From an uncultured Aminicenantes bacterium (GTDB taxonomy: Bacteria > Acidobacteriota > Aminicenantia > UBA2199): a stretch of DNA of 64,000 nucleotides. Made by a program: the position numbers and the translations under genes. The notes beneath the pieces were generated by a model, which saw only the letters and a program-made list of their open reading frames with translations, did not search any database and was not told the DNA's origin. The stretch spans positions 83,912 through 147,911 of the forward strand of contig CBDAFS010000031.1 of assembly GCA_965195285.1 (NCBI GenBank), read 5' to 3'. Positions 27,457 to 38,154 of the stretch are shown one piece after another; the first letter of the stretch is position 1, and the number at the start of each line of letters is the position of its first letter.

Positions 27457-27692
27457 ATTTTTTTAATAAAAAATGGGTGACATTCGGATCAATAAGGAAA
27501 AAGAACAGTCACTTCTGAGTTTGAATAGATGATGAGGTCAATCAGTGGATTTTGATACAATACTTGGTTTGATTTTAATCTTTGGCGGGATTTTTTTTAT
27601 TACTTATTTGTTTTTATGGAGTTGCAAAACCATTAATATTATTTCGAAAGACAACCTCCGTTCACTTCGAGAGATCCTGAATCGATTACGAA

Positions 27693-29960
27693 ATGGCCGA
27701 TAGAGATTCTATCCAATCAGAACTATCTCGTGAATTAAATCTATTCCATATTACCATGATGGGATTGGGTATGATGATCGGTGCCGGTGTATTTTTGGGT
27801 GTAGGAAATGCCATTTATGTGGCTGGCCCCGGAGGAGTGGTTTTAACTTTTTTATTAAATGGTGTCATTGCTCTATTTACAGCCGCATCTTATGCTGAAT
27901 TGAGTTCAGCAATACCCCATGCGGGTGGTGCATATAACTATGCCAGAGTTGGATTTGGCAAAGGTCCAAGTTTTGTTGCTGGTTGGATGGAGTGGTTCGC
28001 ATCCAGCGTAGCCGGAAGTTTATATGCGGTCACTTTTTCTATTTATACGGTTCGATACCTGAGTGTTCTGGGTCTGTTATCCTGGTTGCCTTTTCCCACA
28101 ATAATCACAGAAAAGATAATGGCTATACTGGTGGCTCTATTATTCATATACATTAATTATTGGGGTGCATCGAAAACCGGAAAAATCGGAGCTTTATTCA
28201 CATTAGGACAAACTATATTTTTGATATTGATAGGACTGATTGGTGTAATCGTTGCCATTAAAGATCCTTCTCGTTTGCAGAATTTTCAACCTTTTCTCCC
28301 CAAAGGGTGGGCAAAATTATTGGTTACCATGGGATTTACTTATGTTGCTTTCGAGGGTTTTGAGGTGATTGCTCAAGCAGGAGATGAAACCATTGAGCCA
28401 AGAAAAAATTTACCCAAAGCCATGTTATATTCCGTATTTATTGTTACCATAATCTATATGATAGTTGCATTCGCAACAGTTATAGCAGTAAAAGCCGGTG
28501 ACCCGGGAATCAATGTTGCTCCCTGGCAATGGATCGGTGGTTTCAAAGAAAGAGGTTTTGGAGAGGCCATTTCCCGATTATTGCCAATGGGAAATTTCCT
28601 GTTGACGCTGGCGGTTATTTTTGCTTCAACTTCAGCTCTGAATTCTACTATCTATTCAGCTACCAGGGCGTTGTATGCTCTGGGACGTGATCGCATGGTA
28701 TCTCCATTTTTTGCCAAAATTTCAAAAAAGCGAAAAACTCCCTGGGCGGCTTTACTGGGTACAGCAATTCTACTTATTATTGTAGCTACCGTGTTACCGA
28801 CTATGGATGTTGCCTCCAGTGCCAGCATGATGTTTTTGATTTTGTTTTTTTTGGTTAATATATGTGTGATCAGAGTCAGATGGCATATCGGAGATGAATT
28901 AACCTATGGTTTTGTTATGCCATTGTTTCCATTGTTTCCATTGCTTGCCATTATTTGCCAGGCTGTATTAATTTTCTGGATGATACACATGAGTATTATT
29001 GCTTGGATAATTGCTCCATTGTGGATTATTTCTGGTGTGTTGATATTCAGATTGTATTCAAAAAAGCATGCCATAGCCACAGCGGATGAAATTCAGGTAC
29101 TGGAAGAAGAGGAAGCCCCTGCTGGTGAGGAATACCGGATCATGGTTGCTGTTGCCCATCCCAAGAATGCCATTGAAATGATGAAGACAACTTATAAGCT
29201 GAGTACTGCAAAAAAGGCCAGGATCGAGCTCATCCATATGGTTCCCGTACCGGAACAGGTTCCCCTGACTGCAGCCAGAGATTATATGTGGGAGGGCAAG
29301 GAAGCTATTGTCGAGAGCATGATGTATCTGGAACCGTTATTCCAAATCAGTTCAACCATTCGTTATTGTCGAAATATTTCTCGTGGCATTGTGACGGCTG
29401 CCCGGGAAAAAAAAGTAAACATGTTGATAACAGGCTGGCATGGTCGTCGACGTACCCATGATTTCATATTCGGAAGCACCATTGATCCCATTATGGAGCG
29501 GTCGCCCTGCAATGTGGTAGTATTAAAGGGCGGGAAAATTGATTCTTATCAGAAAATTTTATTACCTCTGGCTGGAGGCCCGAACGGGCCATTTGCTCTG
29601 GAAGTGGCCAGTCTTCTGGTTGATACAGATGGAAAGATCACACTGCTCTATGTATATAACGCAGAAACTGAAAAAAGGAAGTTTGATGTTTATCTGTTTT
29701 TAAAAGAATATTCTCAGAAGTATCATCTGGCATCAGAGAGAATCGAAGTGAAAATAGTCAAAAATGATAATATTGAAAAAGCAGTATTAAAAGAAGCGGA
29801 AAATTACGATCTGCTCATTCTCGGAACCACCCGAAAACCTCTTCTGGCCCAGCTGGGAAAGGAGTCAATCCCGGAAATTATCTCCCGGAAATGCTCAAAA
29901 CCATTGATTATGGTGCATGCGGCAACCGGAATTCAATCCTGGATCAAACGATTAATATAA
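27693..29960 (+). CDS. APC-family amino-acid permease fused to C-terminal tandem universal-stress-protein (UspA) domains
   Basis: 12-TM core with the APC N-terminal signature ITMMGLGMMIGAGVFLGVGNA, then about 280 aa of cytoplasmic Usp-like folds (ILLPLAGGPNGPFAL..., LLILGTTRKP). Confidence 0.8.
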   Translation: MADRDSIQSELSRELNLFHITMMGLGMMIGAGVFLGVGNAIYVAGPGGVVLTFLLNGVIALFTAASYAELSSAIPHAGGAYNYARVGFGKGPSFVAGWMEWFASSVAGSLYAVTFSIYTVRYLSVLGLLSWLPFPTIITEKIMAILVALLFIYINYWGASKTGKIGALFTLGQTIFLILIGLIGVIVAIKDPSRLQNFQPFLPKGWAKLLVTMGFTYVAFEGFEVIAQAGDETIEPRKNLPKAMLYSVFIVTIIYMIVAFATVIAVKAGDPGINVAPWQWIGGFKERGFGEAISRLLPMGNFLLTLAVIFASTSALNSTIYSATRALYALGRDRMVSPFFAKISKKRKTPWAALLGTAILLIIVATVLPTMDVASSASMMFLILFFLVNICVIRVRWHIGDELTYGFVMPLFPLFPLLAIICQAVLIFWMIHMSIIAWIIAPLWIISGVLIFRLYSKKHAIATADEIQVLEEEEAPAGEEYRIMVAVAHPKNAIEMMKTTYKLSTAKKARIELIHMVPVPEQVPLTAARDYMWEGKEAIVESMMYLEPLFQISSTIRYCRNISRGIVTAAREKKVNMLITGWHGRRRTHDFIFGSTIDPIMERSPCNVVVLKGGKIDSYQKILLPLAGGPNGPFALEVASLLVDTDGKITLLYVYNAETEKRKFDVYLFLKEYSQKYHLASERIEVKIVKNDNIEKAVLKEAENYDLLILGTTRKPLLAQLGKESIPEIISRKCSKPLIMVHAATGIQSWIKRLI

Positions 29961-29995
29961 ACCTGTGATTGTGATTGGGAACGGTGGATCTATAT

Positions 29996-30436
29996 TTAAT
30001 GCGCCGTCTCCACTCCTTTTTTAATCCTGACTGCTTCAAAATACAGTTGTCGGGGATTGCGCTGGGAAAACACTTTGAACCAGTCTTTGCCAATGAATTT
30101 AATCATAGAGGTGGAAAAGGTAACCGGTCTTCCGTTTTTATAGATTCCCCGGCATAAATAGGACTTGTTGTATTTTTTTATCTTTAAAACGGCATAGATG
30201 TATTCCCGGCTCAATGGTTTTTGAGATGTTTTATATTGATAGAACTTGAAACCATAGAATTTCCTGACAAATTGCTTGGAATACTCAAATGTATAATTGC
30301 TGTCCTGAATTTTCCAGGTTCCCAGGATTAGTTTTGCGGTCTCCGGATCCGGTTCTGCAACTTCCATGAAACTCTCAGCCAGGATCATGGTGGTTGAGAG
30401 CAACACCATCATAAAGAGAAAATTGATTTTTTTCAT
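29996..30436 (-). CDS. secreted hypothetical protein
   Basis: Signal peptide MKKINFLFMMVLLSTTMILA; no motif recognised. Confidence 0.5.
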   Translation of the reverse strand: MKKINFLFMMVLLSTTMILAESFMEVAEPDPETAKLILGTWKIQDSNYTFEYSKQFVRKFYGFKFYQYKTSQKPLSREYIYAVLKIKKYNKSYLCRGIYKNGRPVTFSTSMIKFIGKDWFKVFSQRNPRQLYFEAVRIKKGVETAH

Positions 30437-30565
30437 GCTATTCCTTTATACTCTTTTATACTGGAGTTTCTATGAAAAAGTCTTTTAAGTTTAATTTTTA
30501 TTTTATCACATTCTTCACTTTTTTTTACTTTTCTGTTATTAAGAGAGAAGAAATCGGAGGAATTC

Positions 30566-31654
30566 ATGAAGGTACTTGAGCCCCTGACATTGAAATCTCA
30601 TGAGTTGATCAATCGTTTCATCCGATCTGCTACCTGTGAATATATGGCGGATGAAAAGGGCGTACCGGAAGATAGATTCGTGGAACTTTACCGTCAACTG
30701 GCATCCGGAGGAATCGGAATTGTGATTTCCGGATATGCCTATGTGATGCCCAATGGCAAATCCAATCCCGGGCAATCTGCAATTTGTTCTGATGAATTGA
30801 TTCCAGCCTGGAAAAAAGTCACCCGGATATTTCAGGATTCGCCCTCATTGTTTCTGCTTCAGATTGTTCATGGCGGGAGACAGGTCCGTCCCAAGCATCA
30901 CCAGGGATCCATATGGGCTCCTTCGGCGGTTCCGGACCATGCCTATAAGACCCGGCCCCGGGAAATGACTGTTGCCCAGATCGAAGAGGTGGGTGAGGCT
31001 TTTATCCAGGCTGCGGATCGGGCCAAGAAAGCCGGATTCGATGGTGTCCAGCTGCATGTGGCACATGGTTATTTGCTGAGCCAGTTTATTTCTCCCTATA
31101 CCAACCGGAGAAATGATGCCTATGGGGGGGATCAGAAAAAACGAACACGGCTGGTTGTGGATATCATAAACGGTATAAAGAAACAGGTTGGAGATGAATT
31201 TATTGTTTCTGCCAAAATCAATGGGGAGGATTTTGTTCCGGGAGGCCTGAAACTCGAACAGGCTGTGGCTTCCGCCCGGCTGATGAAAAATGCCGGCCTT
31301 GATCTTATCGAAGTTTCAGGTGGAATGGCAGAATCCAGGCTGGGGACGGTCAGGAGGGACATAAAATCCATTGATCAGGAAGGATATTTCCGGCAGCATT
31401 CCGGGATGATATGCCGGAAAGTTAAAATTCCCACTGCAGTGGTGGGGGGATTCAGAACCCTTTCCGTCATGGAGCAAACCATCAGTTCTGGTGAAGCCGA
31501 TTTTATCAGCCTGTGCCGCCCCTTTATCCGCGAACCTCAGCTGGTTCTCCACTTTGAGAAAGCGTTACAAAAGCGGGCTTCATGTGTTTCCTGCAACCGC
31601 TGCTTCAATCCCCGGGGATTGAAGTGCTGGCAGCTCGATTTGAGAAAAATCTGA
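30566..31654 (+). CDS. NADH:flavin oxidoreductase, Old Yellow Enzyme family
   Basis: GGAGG SD. TIM-barrel OYE motifs HVAHGYLLSQFISP and GFDGVQLH; C-terminal Cys pair CVSCNRC. Confidence 0.8.
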   Translation: MKVLEPLTLKSHELINRFIRSATCEYMADEKGVPEDRFVELYRQLASGGIGIVISGYAYVMPNGKSNPGQSAICSDELIPAWKKVTRIFQDSPSLFLLQIVHGGRQVRPKHHQGSIWAPSAVPDHAYKTRPREMTVAQIEEVGEAFIQAADRAKKAGFDGVQLHVAHGYLLSQFISPYTNRRNDAYGGDQKKRTRLVVDIINGIKKQVGDEFIVSAKINGEDFVPGGLKLEQAVASARLMKNAGLDLIEVSGGMAESRLGTVRRDIKSIDQEGYFRQHSGMICRKVKIPTAVVGGFRTLSVMEQTISSGEADFISLCRPFIREPQLVLHFEKALQKRASCVSCNRCFNPRGLKCWQLDLRKI

Positions 31655-31737
31655 ATTTAAACAATTGTGTGAAAAGAGGTTGACATCGGGTATATTTTGT
31701 ATTACCTTCGAAAACGGGTCGATAATGAAGGAGTCAC

Positions 31738-32694
31738 ATGCCTGAGGAAAAGACACCGGTTTCACTGCGGTTAAGGAATCTCTCCAAATCTTACAGGGAT
31801 ATAAAAGCAGTGAGAAATTTGACTCTGGACATATTTAAGGGGGAAGTGTTCGGTTTTTTGGGACCCAATGGGGCCGGTAAGACCACAACCATCCATATGA
31901 TCTGTGGCTTGCTGAAAAGTGATTCCGGTGAAGTGTTCATCCAGGGCAAATCACTGAATCAATTTTACCGTGAATGCAAATCTTCACTGGGATTGTGCCC
32001 CCAGAACCTGATTGTCTGGGAAACACTGACATGCCTGGAACAATTAGAGTTCATAGGTAGGCAATACAATGTGAGTCAGAAGAATGTCAGGAAAAAAGTC
32101 TGTGAACTCCTGGAGTTGTTGGGGCTTTATGATAAACGACACAAGCTGGCCAAAACCCTGTCCGGTGGCATGAAGAGACGGTTGAATCTGGCCCTGGGAT
32201 TGGTTCATGACCCGGATATCTTAATACTGGATGAACCCCAGGCCGGGCTTGATCCGCAGAGCCGAATACTGGTAAGGGAGTACATCCGTTCAATGGCCAG
32301 GCACAAAACCATTATTTTGACTACCCATGAAATGGTTGAGGCTGATCAGCTTTCCGATCGGATTGCCATTATTGATCACGGACAGCTGCTGGTTCTGGAC
32401 ACACCCGATGAATTGAAAAACCGCATGGGCCAGGGTAATATTCTGGAGATTAAACTTGCCCCTGGCCAGCATCAAAAAATTTCACCGTTTATTGAGCATC
32501 TGCCCCGGAGACTCCGGCATCTCTCTCTGCAAAATGATAGCCTGCATATGGTGGATACCGATATCCTGGGTATCTTGTCGGTTCTGATTGATAAACTCAG
32601 GAAGGGCAATATCAAAACCGAAGATGTTAAGATCCGGAAAAAGACACTGGAGGATGTTTTCATATCCCTGACCGGCAGGAGGCTTAGAGAATGA
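31738..32694 (+). CDS. ABC transporter ATP-binding protein
   Basis: Canonical Walker A GPNGAGKTT, Q-loop, signature LSGGMKRR, Walker B ILILDEPQAGLD, H-loop TTHEM. Confidence 0.9.
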   Translation: MPEEKTPVSLRLRNLSKSYRDIKAVRNLTLDIFKGEVFGFLGPNGAGKTTTIHMICGLLKSDSGEVFIQGKSLNQFYRECKSSLGLCPQNLIVWETLTCLEQLEFIGRQYNVSQKNVRKKVCELLELLGLYDKRHKLAKTLSGGMKRRLNLALGLVHDPDILILDEPQAGLDPQSRILVREYIRSMARHKTIILTTHEMVEADQLSDRIAIIDHGQLLVLDTPDELKNRMGQGNILEIKLAPGQHQKISPFIEHLPRRLRHLSLQNDSLHMVDTDILGILSVLIDKLRKGNIKTEDVKIRKKTLEDVFISLTGRRLRE

Positions 32695-33860
32695 GATTGC
32701 TAAGCCTGATCAAAAAGGCCTTGATTGAAAACTTCAGGGACTGGAAAATTATGGTCCTCATTTTGACTTTCGCCCCTTTTTTTGTTTTCCTGATGTACTT
32801 TTATTTCGGAGAGACCACCAAGGTTTACCGGATCACCGTGGTAAATCATGACCAGGGACTGCAGCGTGACAATGGAGAGTGGTTCCGGGCCGGAGAAGAA
32901 CTGATTTCGGAAATGATGCAGATCCGTTCATCCGAAGGTAAAAACATGTTGAAAATTCATATGGAAAAGAACTTGAAAAATGCCCGGAAGCGGGTGGAGA
33001 ACAGGTCCGCGGATCTGGTGGTGGAAATCCCCCGGGATTTCTCCCGGATACTTACGGATTATAAACAGGGAAGTCAACCCGATCCCGCCATTGTGCGAAC
33101 TCACGGTGACCAGTCCAACCTGGACTACCTGATGGCAGTGGTCTGGAGTGATGTCATTACCTATCAATATGCCAGCCGGGTAACAGGGTGGAAAGGTCCG
33201 CTCGACCTGCAGGCACTGCCCGTGGGAAATATGAAATTCCTTAATGAGTTTGACTTATATGTGCCGGGTTTGCTGGTTCTGTCGCTGATAATGCTGATGT
33301 TTACCGCAGCGGCCTCGCTCATAAAAGAAAAGGATAAGGAAACCCTGGTCCGTCTGCGCATGTCCCGTATGACCACTTTTGAATGGCTTCTGGCCGTGAG
33401 TTTCACTCAGATCATTATCGGGCTTCTGGCCCTGGCCCTGACTTTTCTGTCTGCTCTGGCAGTGGGTTATGAAACCGGCGGATCTATATTGGCCATGATG
33501 GTGGTGGGCCTGTTGTCATGCCTGTCGGTTATGGCCATCGGGGTCATTGTGGCAGCCTTTTTACGGACTGTTTTTGATCTCATGACCATTGGCTGTTTTC
33601 CCTTTTTCATTCTGATGTTTTTTTCTGGCGGAATGTTTCCGCTTCCCCGCCTGAAGCTCTTTTTCCTGTTCGGTCATGCCATCAATGTCAATGATATCCT
33701 TCCGACCACCCATACTATCTCGGCCTTGAACCAGATACTGAATTTCGGGGCCAGCCTGGGTGATGTATTATTTGAGCTGGTAGCCATCCTCATCCTGACC
33801 GTGATTTATTTCTCTCTGGGAGCCTGGATTTTTACCCGGCGTCACATGATGGCTCGATGA
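32691..33860 (+). CDS. ABC-2 family transporter permease
   Basis: ATGA overlap with the ATPase; N-terminal TM, a large extracytoplasmic loop, then five C-terminal TMs. Confidence 0.75.
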   Translation: MRLLSLIKKALIENFRDWKIMVLILTFAPFFVFLMYFYFGETTKVYRITVVNHDQGLQRDNGEWFRAGEELISEMMQIRSSEGKNMLKIHMEKNLKNARKRVENRSADLVVEIPRDFSRILTDYKQGSQPDPAIVRTHGDQSNLDYLMAVVWSDVITYQYASRVTGWKGPLDLQALPVGNMKFLNEFDLYVPGLLVLSLIMLMFTAAASLIKEKDKETLVRLRMSRMTTFEWLLAVSFTQIIIGLLALALTFLSALAVGYETGGSILAMMVVGLLSCLSVMAIGVIVAAFLRTVFDLMTIGCFPFFILMFFSGGMFPLPRLKLFFLFGHAINVNDILPTTHTISALNQILNFGASLGDVLFELVAILILTVIYFSLGAWIFTRRHMMAR

Positions 33861-33865
33861 ATTTT

Positions 33866-33890
33866 AAGATCGGCCGGAATCTTATTTTTT
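33866..33890 (+). terminator. putative intrinsic terminator after ABC-2 permease
   Basis: AAGAT-cggccgga-ATCTT stem followed by ATTTTTT. Confidence 0.35.
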
Positions 33891-33901
33891 GGTGCAATCG
33901 C

Positions 33902-36900
33902 TTAGATAGCGGTTGAATCCTGGTTGGACGGTTTCTCATCCAGGACATCCCGGATTTTTTTTGATAATTCTTTTATATTAAAGGGTTTTTGAATGAATCC
34001 GTTACAGCCACGCTGGAGGAGTTCGCTGGCCTGGCCATCAACACTATATCCACTGGAAAGAAGAATTTTTACATTGGGATTGATTCCCTTAAGCCTTTCG
34101 AAAGTAACGCCCCCACTCATTTTTGGCATGACCATGTCCAAAACAACCAGATCAATTTCCTTTTTTCTCCCCCAGTAAATTTCAATGGCTTCCTGGCCAC
34201 TTCGAGCCACAAAAACATTGTAGCCAAGACTTTCCATTATTTGTCCAACAACCTCAATCACGATCTCTTCATCATCCACCAGCAGTATGGTTTCGGTTCC
34301 GTAAACCAGATCTTCCTTGACCACCTTTTCTACCATCGGTTGTTTACTGGAAGCCGGAAGAAAAATATCGAAAGTAGAACCGATATCCAGTTCGCTATGT
34401 ACGGTGATAAATCCGCCATGATTTTTTAAAATACCATAAACTGTTGCCAGTCCCAGTCCAGTACCGCGCCCTCTCTCTTTGGTGGTAAAAAACGGATCAA
34501 AAATCCTTTGTTTGGTCTCGTCATCCATACCTTTTCCGGTATCGGTTACTGATATTTTGACAAAATTTCCCGGTTCTATAAGATGGGGTTTTGTCTGGTT
34601 GTGATCCAGATAAACATTTCTGGTTTCAATCAGGATATCTCCGCTCTCCGGCATTGCCTGCCAGGCGTTTACAAACAGGTTCATGAAGACCTGATCCATC
34701 TGACCCGGATCCACTTCAACCGTAGAGATGTTATCTTGATATTGAGCACGAATACCAATTTCCTTTTTGGTTCGACCAAACATCAATACGTTATCTTTGA
34801 CCAGGTTATTTATGTTGATTGGTTTGACCTCGAATTTTCCTTTTCTGGCAAAACCAAGTAATTGTTTGGTCAGATCCGCAGCATTCTTTACATAATGTTC
34901 CATTTCCTTTAAATGATCTTTTGGGCTGGATTTTTTATCAAATCCAATTTGCATGAGCGAAACCCTTCCCTGGATTCCAGTCAGAAGGTTGTTGAAATCA
35001 TGGGCGATACCACCGGCCAGAGTACCCAACGCTTCCAGTTTCTGTGCCTGTTGGATCATTTTTTCCATGTTTTTGCGTTCGGTAATATCTCTCAATATGC
35101 CCTGAACAGCAACTCCGCCTTTATATAAAATAGTGGTGACCGACGCTTCAACTTCCAATTCTTTTTGATCTGATGTGAGAGCGGTGTAGTTGAATTGTGA
35201 TTCCGACTTTTTTTCATCAATGATCTGCTGGAATTTCCGTTCAACAGAATTTTTGCTCTTGAGTGAAATCAACTCCAGATAATCGAACTCGGGCCGACAT
35301 ACATATTCCTGACTGACACTAAAGAGTTGCCTGAATTTTTCGTTAATCAATTCGAATTTTCGGTTATGCAGAATAAAAATCGGATCATTGGAAGATTCTA
35401 CCAGATGCCGGTATTTCTTTTCGCTGGCCCTTATCTCTTCCTCAGCGCGTAGTTTTTCTTCAATCTCCTGATTTAGCTTCAGATTTTTCCTCTTCAGCTC
35501 GTCAACTTTTTTTCTTATGGAATAAGTCCGGTAAAAATACAGTAAACCAATAAACAGCGAAGCAATTAACAGACCCAATAATCGGATCCAGGTGTTGGAA
35601 AAAAACGGAGGTGTGATGGAAATTCTTACAGCCGTACCTTTTTCATTCCATATTCCTTCGTTATTTGATGCTCGCACCCTGAAGGTATATTCTCCCGGTG
35701 GAATTCCTGAATACGTTGCATGTCTCAGATGTTTGATGTAATTCCAGTTTTCCTCCAGCCCCTCCATCTTGATGGCATACTCATTTTTTTCTGGAAAAAT
35801 GTAGTTTAATGCTGAAAAATTTAAGGTAAAAATATTTTCTTTATAGGAGAGATTAACCTCTGAATATTTCGAAGAAGACTTCCGGGATGAATTTGATTGG
35901 GTCCTGGATTGCCAGATCTGTATCGGTTTGTTGAATATTTTAAAATCCGTGATTATAACCGGGGGTATATACCGGTTGATTCGTACCTCATAGGGATGAA
36001 AACAGTTCAATCCTCGAATTCCCCCAAAAAAAAGCCGACCTGACCTGGTTTTATAATGAGCACCGGTGTTGAAGGTGTTGGATTGCAAACCATCTTGAAG
36101 TGTAAAGTTTCTTATGGTTTTGTTATCGATATCAAAATGGGATAATCCTTTCTTGGTACTCAGCCAGAGATTGTTTTTTGCTCCGGGAAGAATTCCGGTT
36201 ATGATATTGTCAGGGAGTCCGTTATTTTTTGTGTAATGTATAAAGGTTTTATTCTTTTTTACAAATTGGTTCAACCCCTTGCTGGTACCGATCCAAAGAC
36301 GCCCTTGTTGATCTTCCATTATTGACAATACCTCATTTATACTGAGGCTGTTTATGTCACCCGGGCTATATAAGTAGCGAATTGGAGGAAGAGTCGGATT
36401 GAAACATATTAATCCTCCACGGCTGGTTCCGGCCCAAATATTTTGGTTTTGATCCTGGTAAAGGACATTGATTTGGTCATCATTGAGATCGTTCAATTGC
36501 GGAAATTGAGAAGTTATTGCGTTAATGGTCGAGTTTTCGATATCCATTTTAAACAGACCTTGATCTGTTCCCACCCACAGGTTGTTTTCATTTTCAGCCA
36601 ATAGGGCAGTTACCGATGTGCCTTTGAAATTAAATATGCTATCGAAGTCATATTCTTTAATTATGTGTCGGGTATTTCGACTCAATTTATTGAGTTCCTG
36701 GTTTTCATTTTTTAGGCCCAGCCAAATAATATCGTTTTTTGTGTGGGGATTAATATAGATTACCTGTATGTTTCCTGTTGGACCGGATCTGGGAACTATG
36801 TTGACAAATTGATCGGTTTGGGGATCGAATCGATTAAGCCCCTTATACCCCCCGATCCAAATTTTTCCTTCAGGATCTTCGCAAATTGAGTGAACACTCG

Positions 36901-38038
36901 ATATTTTCAGACTATTTGTACTTTCGGAAATATTCTGATACTTTCTGAATTTTTGCATGCATGGATTCCAGTAATTTAATCCACTGCTCCGGGTGCCAAT
37001 CCATATAGTAAAGCTGCGATCCCGGTACAGGTGGGTAATGGTATCATGACTTAAACTATCCGGGTTAATGGGATCGCGATATTGATGGAAAAACAGGTTG
37101 CTCTTTTTATAAAAAATATCAATTCCTTTTTGCTGAAATCCTATCCAAATTCGTCCCATATTGTCCTCACAGATATAATTGACAAAATTATCCGAAAGGC
37201 TGGTGGGATTTTTGGGGTTGTGGGTGAAATGAGAAAATGTTGATTCACCTGGCTTCAAACGATACAATCCTGAGCCCATTGTGCCGATCCATAGATTGTT
37301 TTCACTATCGACAAAGAGATCATTTGGATTTTTTATTTGATTGTTATATGCTTCTGAATCGATGATTTGAATGGATTGAGATTTAAGATCACCTTTCTTT
37401 AAATGGAATAGCTCCTTACTCGAAGCCATCCAAAAATGACCTTTGCCATCCTCTACGATATCTTTTATGACTTGGCTGTTAATTTTTTGAATCTTACTCT
37501 GTTCAGTATCAAGAAAGTATATTCCTTGTCGGGTTCCCACCCAAAAATGATTGTCGTTATCTTCAAAAAGACAGGTGATATGTTCCTGAAATTTCCCCTT
37601 TCTTTTGCGATTGTTATAAGGGATGAAAAGTTCAATTCTTTCATGTTCTTTGCTAAAGCGGTACAATCCTTTTTCGGTTCCCACCCAGATAGTACCGTTA
37701 TGACTTTCCAGTATGGTGGTGATATTATAATTGGCCCATTTGATAGGGGTATTCGTATCTCTCGGAAATATATTAAAATCATATCCATCATAACGATATA
37801 GCCTTTCGGTGGTAGCAAACCACATGAATCCGCTGGCATCCTGTAAAATTCCCTGTATTTTGCTTAAAGGCAGATCATCTGGAAGAGAAAGGTATTTGAA
37901 TTGATGCTGGATTTGACCCTGATCAGAAGATCTTTCCTGGTTGTTGGATTCGAGGTTTATTGCAAATAAAAGAATAATAACCAGGGTACTCAGTATTGCT
38001 CTCAAAAAGAAGAAAAATAAATTGTATACTTTTTTCAT
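33902..38038 (-). CDS. hybrid sensor histidine kinase with periplasmic double beta-propeller (Reg_prop repeats + Y_Y_Y), PAS, HisKA, HATPase_c, REC
   Basis: Signal/TM; about 14 W.GT..GL.+F propeller repeats; [22 protein letters not shown]; coiled coil; PAS; H-box [16 protein letters not shown]; G-boxes DTGKGMD and GTGLGL; C-terminal REC ([10 protein letters not shown]). No DNA-binding domain. Confidence 0.85.
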   Translation of the reverse strand: MKKVYNLFFFFLRAILSTLVIILLFAINLESNNQERSSDQGQIQHQFKYLSLPDDLPLSKIQGILQDASGFMWFATTERLYRYDGYDFNIFPRDTNTPIKWANYNITTILESHNGTIWVGTEKGLYRFSKEHERIELFIPYNNRKRKGKFQEHITCLFEDNDNHFWVGTRQGIYFLDTEQSKIQKINSQVIKDIVEDGKGHFWMASSKELFHLKKGDLKSQSIQIIDSEAYNNQIKNPNDLFVDSENNLWIGTMGSGLYRLKPGESTFSHFTHNPKNPTSLSDNFVNYICEDNMGRIWIGFQQKGIDIFYKKSNLFFHQYRDPINPDSLSHDTITHLYRDRSFTIWIGTRSSGLNYWNPCMQKFRKYQNISESTNSLKISSVHSICEDPEGKIWIGGYKGLNRFDPQTDQFVNIVPRSGPTGNIQVIYINPHTKNDIIWLGLKNENQELNKLSRNTRHIIKEYDFDSIFNFKGTSVTALLAENENNLWVGTDQGLFKMDIENSTINAITSQFPQLNDLNDDQINVLYQDQNQNIWAGTSRGGLICFNPTLPPIRYLYSPGDINSLSINEVLSIMEDQQGRLWIGTSKGLNQFVKKNKTFIHYTKNNGLPDNIITGILPGAKNNLWLSTKKGLSHFDIDNKTIRNFTLQDGLQSNTFNTGAHYKTRSGRLFFGGIRGLNCFHPYEVRINRYIPPVIITDFKIFNKPIQIWQSRTQSNSSRKSSSKYSEVNLSYKENIFTLNFSALNYIFPEKNEYAIKMEGLEENWNYIKHLRHATYSGIPPGEYTFRVRASNNEGIWNEKGTAVRISITPPFFSNTWIRLLGLLIASLFIGLLYFYRTYSIRKKVDELKRKNLKLNQEIEEKLRAEEEIRASEKKYRHLVESSNDPIFILHNRKFELINEKFRQLFSVSQEYVCRPEFDYLELISLKSKNSVERKFQQIIDEKKSESQFNYTALTSDQKELEVEASVTTILYKGGVAVQGILRDITERKNMEKMIQQAQKLEALGTLAGGIAHDFNNLLTGIQGRVSLMQIGFDKKSSPKDHLKEMEHYVKNAADLTKQLLGFARKGKFEVKPININNLVKDNVLMFGRTKKEIGIRAQYQDNISTVEVDPGQMDQVFMNLFVNAWQAMPESGDILIETRNVYLDHNQTKPHLIEPGNFVKISVTDTGKGMDDETKQRIFDPFFTTKERGRGTGLGLATVYGILKNHGGFITVHSELDIGSTFDIFLPASSKQPMVEKVVKEDLVYGTETILLVDDEEIVIEVVGQIMESLGYNVFVARSGQEAIEIYWGRKKEIDLVVLDMVMPKMSGGVTFERLKGINPNVKILLSSGYSVDGQASELLQRGCNGFIQKPFNIKELSKKIRDVLDEKPSNQDSTAI

Positions 38039-38154
38039 TTAAAAACAAACACTGTTTCTGGTTTGGTCTGGTCTCCCTTACCTAATAATTATTAATCTTA
38101 TTTAGTGAATTTGCAACCTTTTTATCATTTTTTTTAAATTATCAAATTTCTTGA

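Noticed and set aside
27457-27692. Possible sRNA/terminator in the 236-bp spacer between the EIIA and permease genes (GTGAC...GTCAC and TCGAA...TTCGA repeats, ggcgggaTTTTTTTT)
   Set aside because: The stems are short (4-5 bp) and widely spaced, and the T-tract has no convincing GC stem. It cannot be supported without covariation or expression data.
30466-30570. 34-codon hydrophobic ORF upstream of and overlapping the OYE gene start
   Set aside because: No SD. Phe/Tyr-rich low-complexity sequence in an AT-rich spacer. The OYE gene has its own GGAGG.
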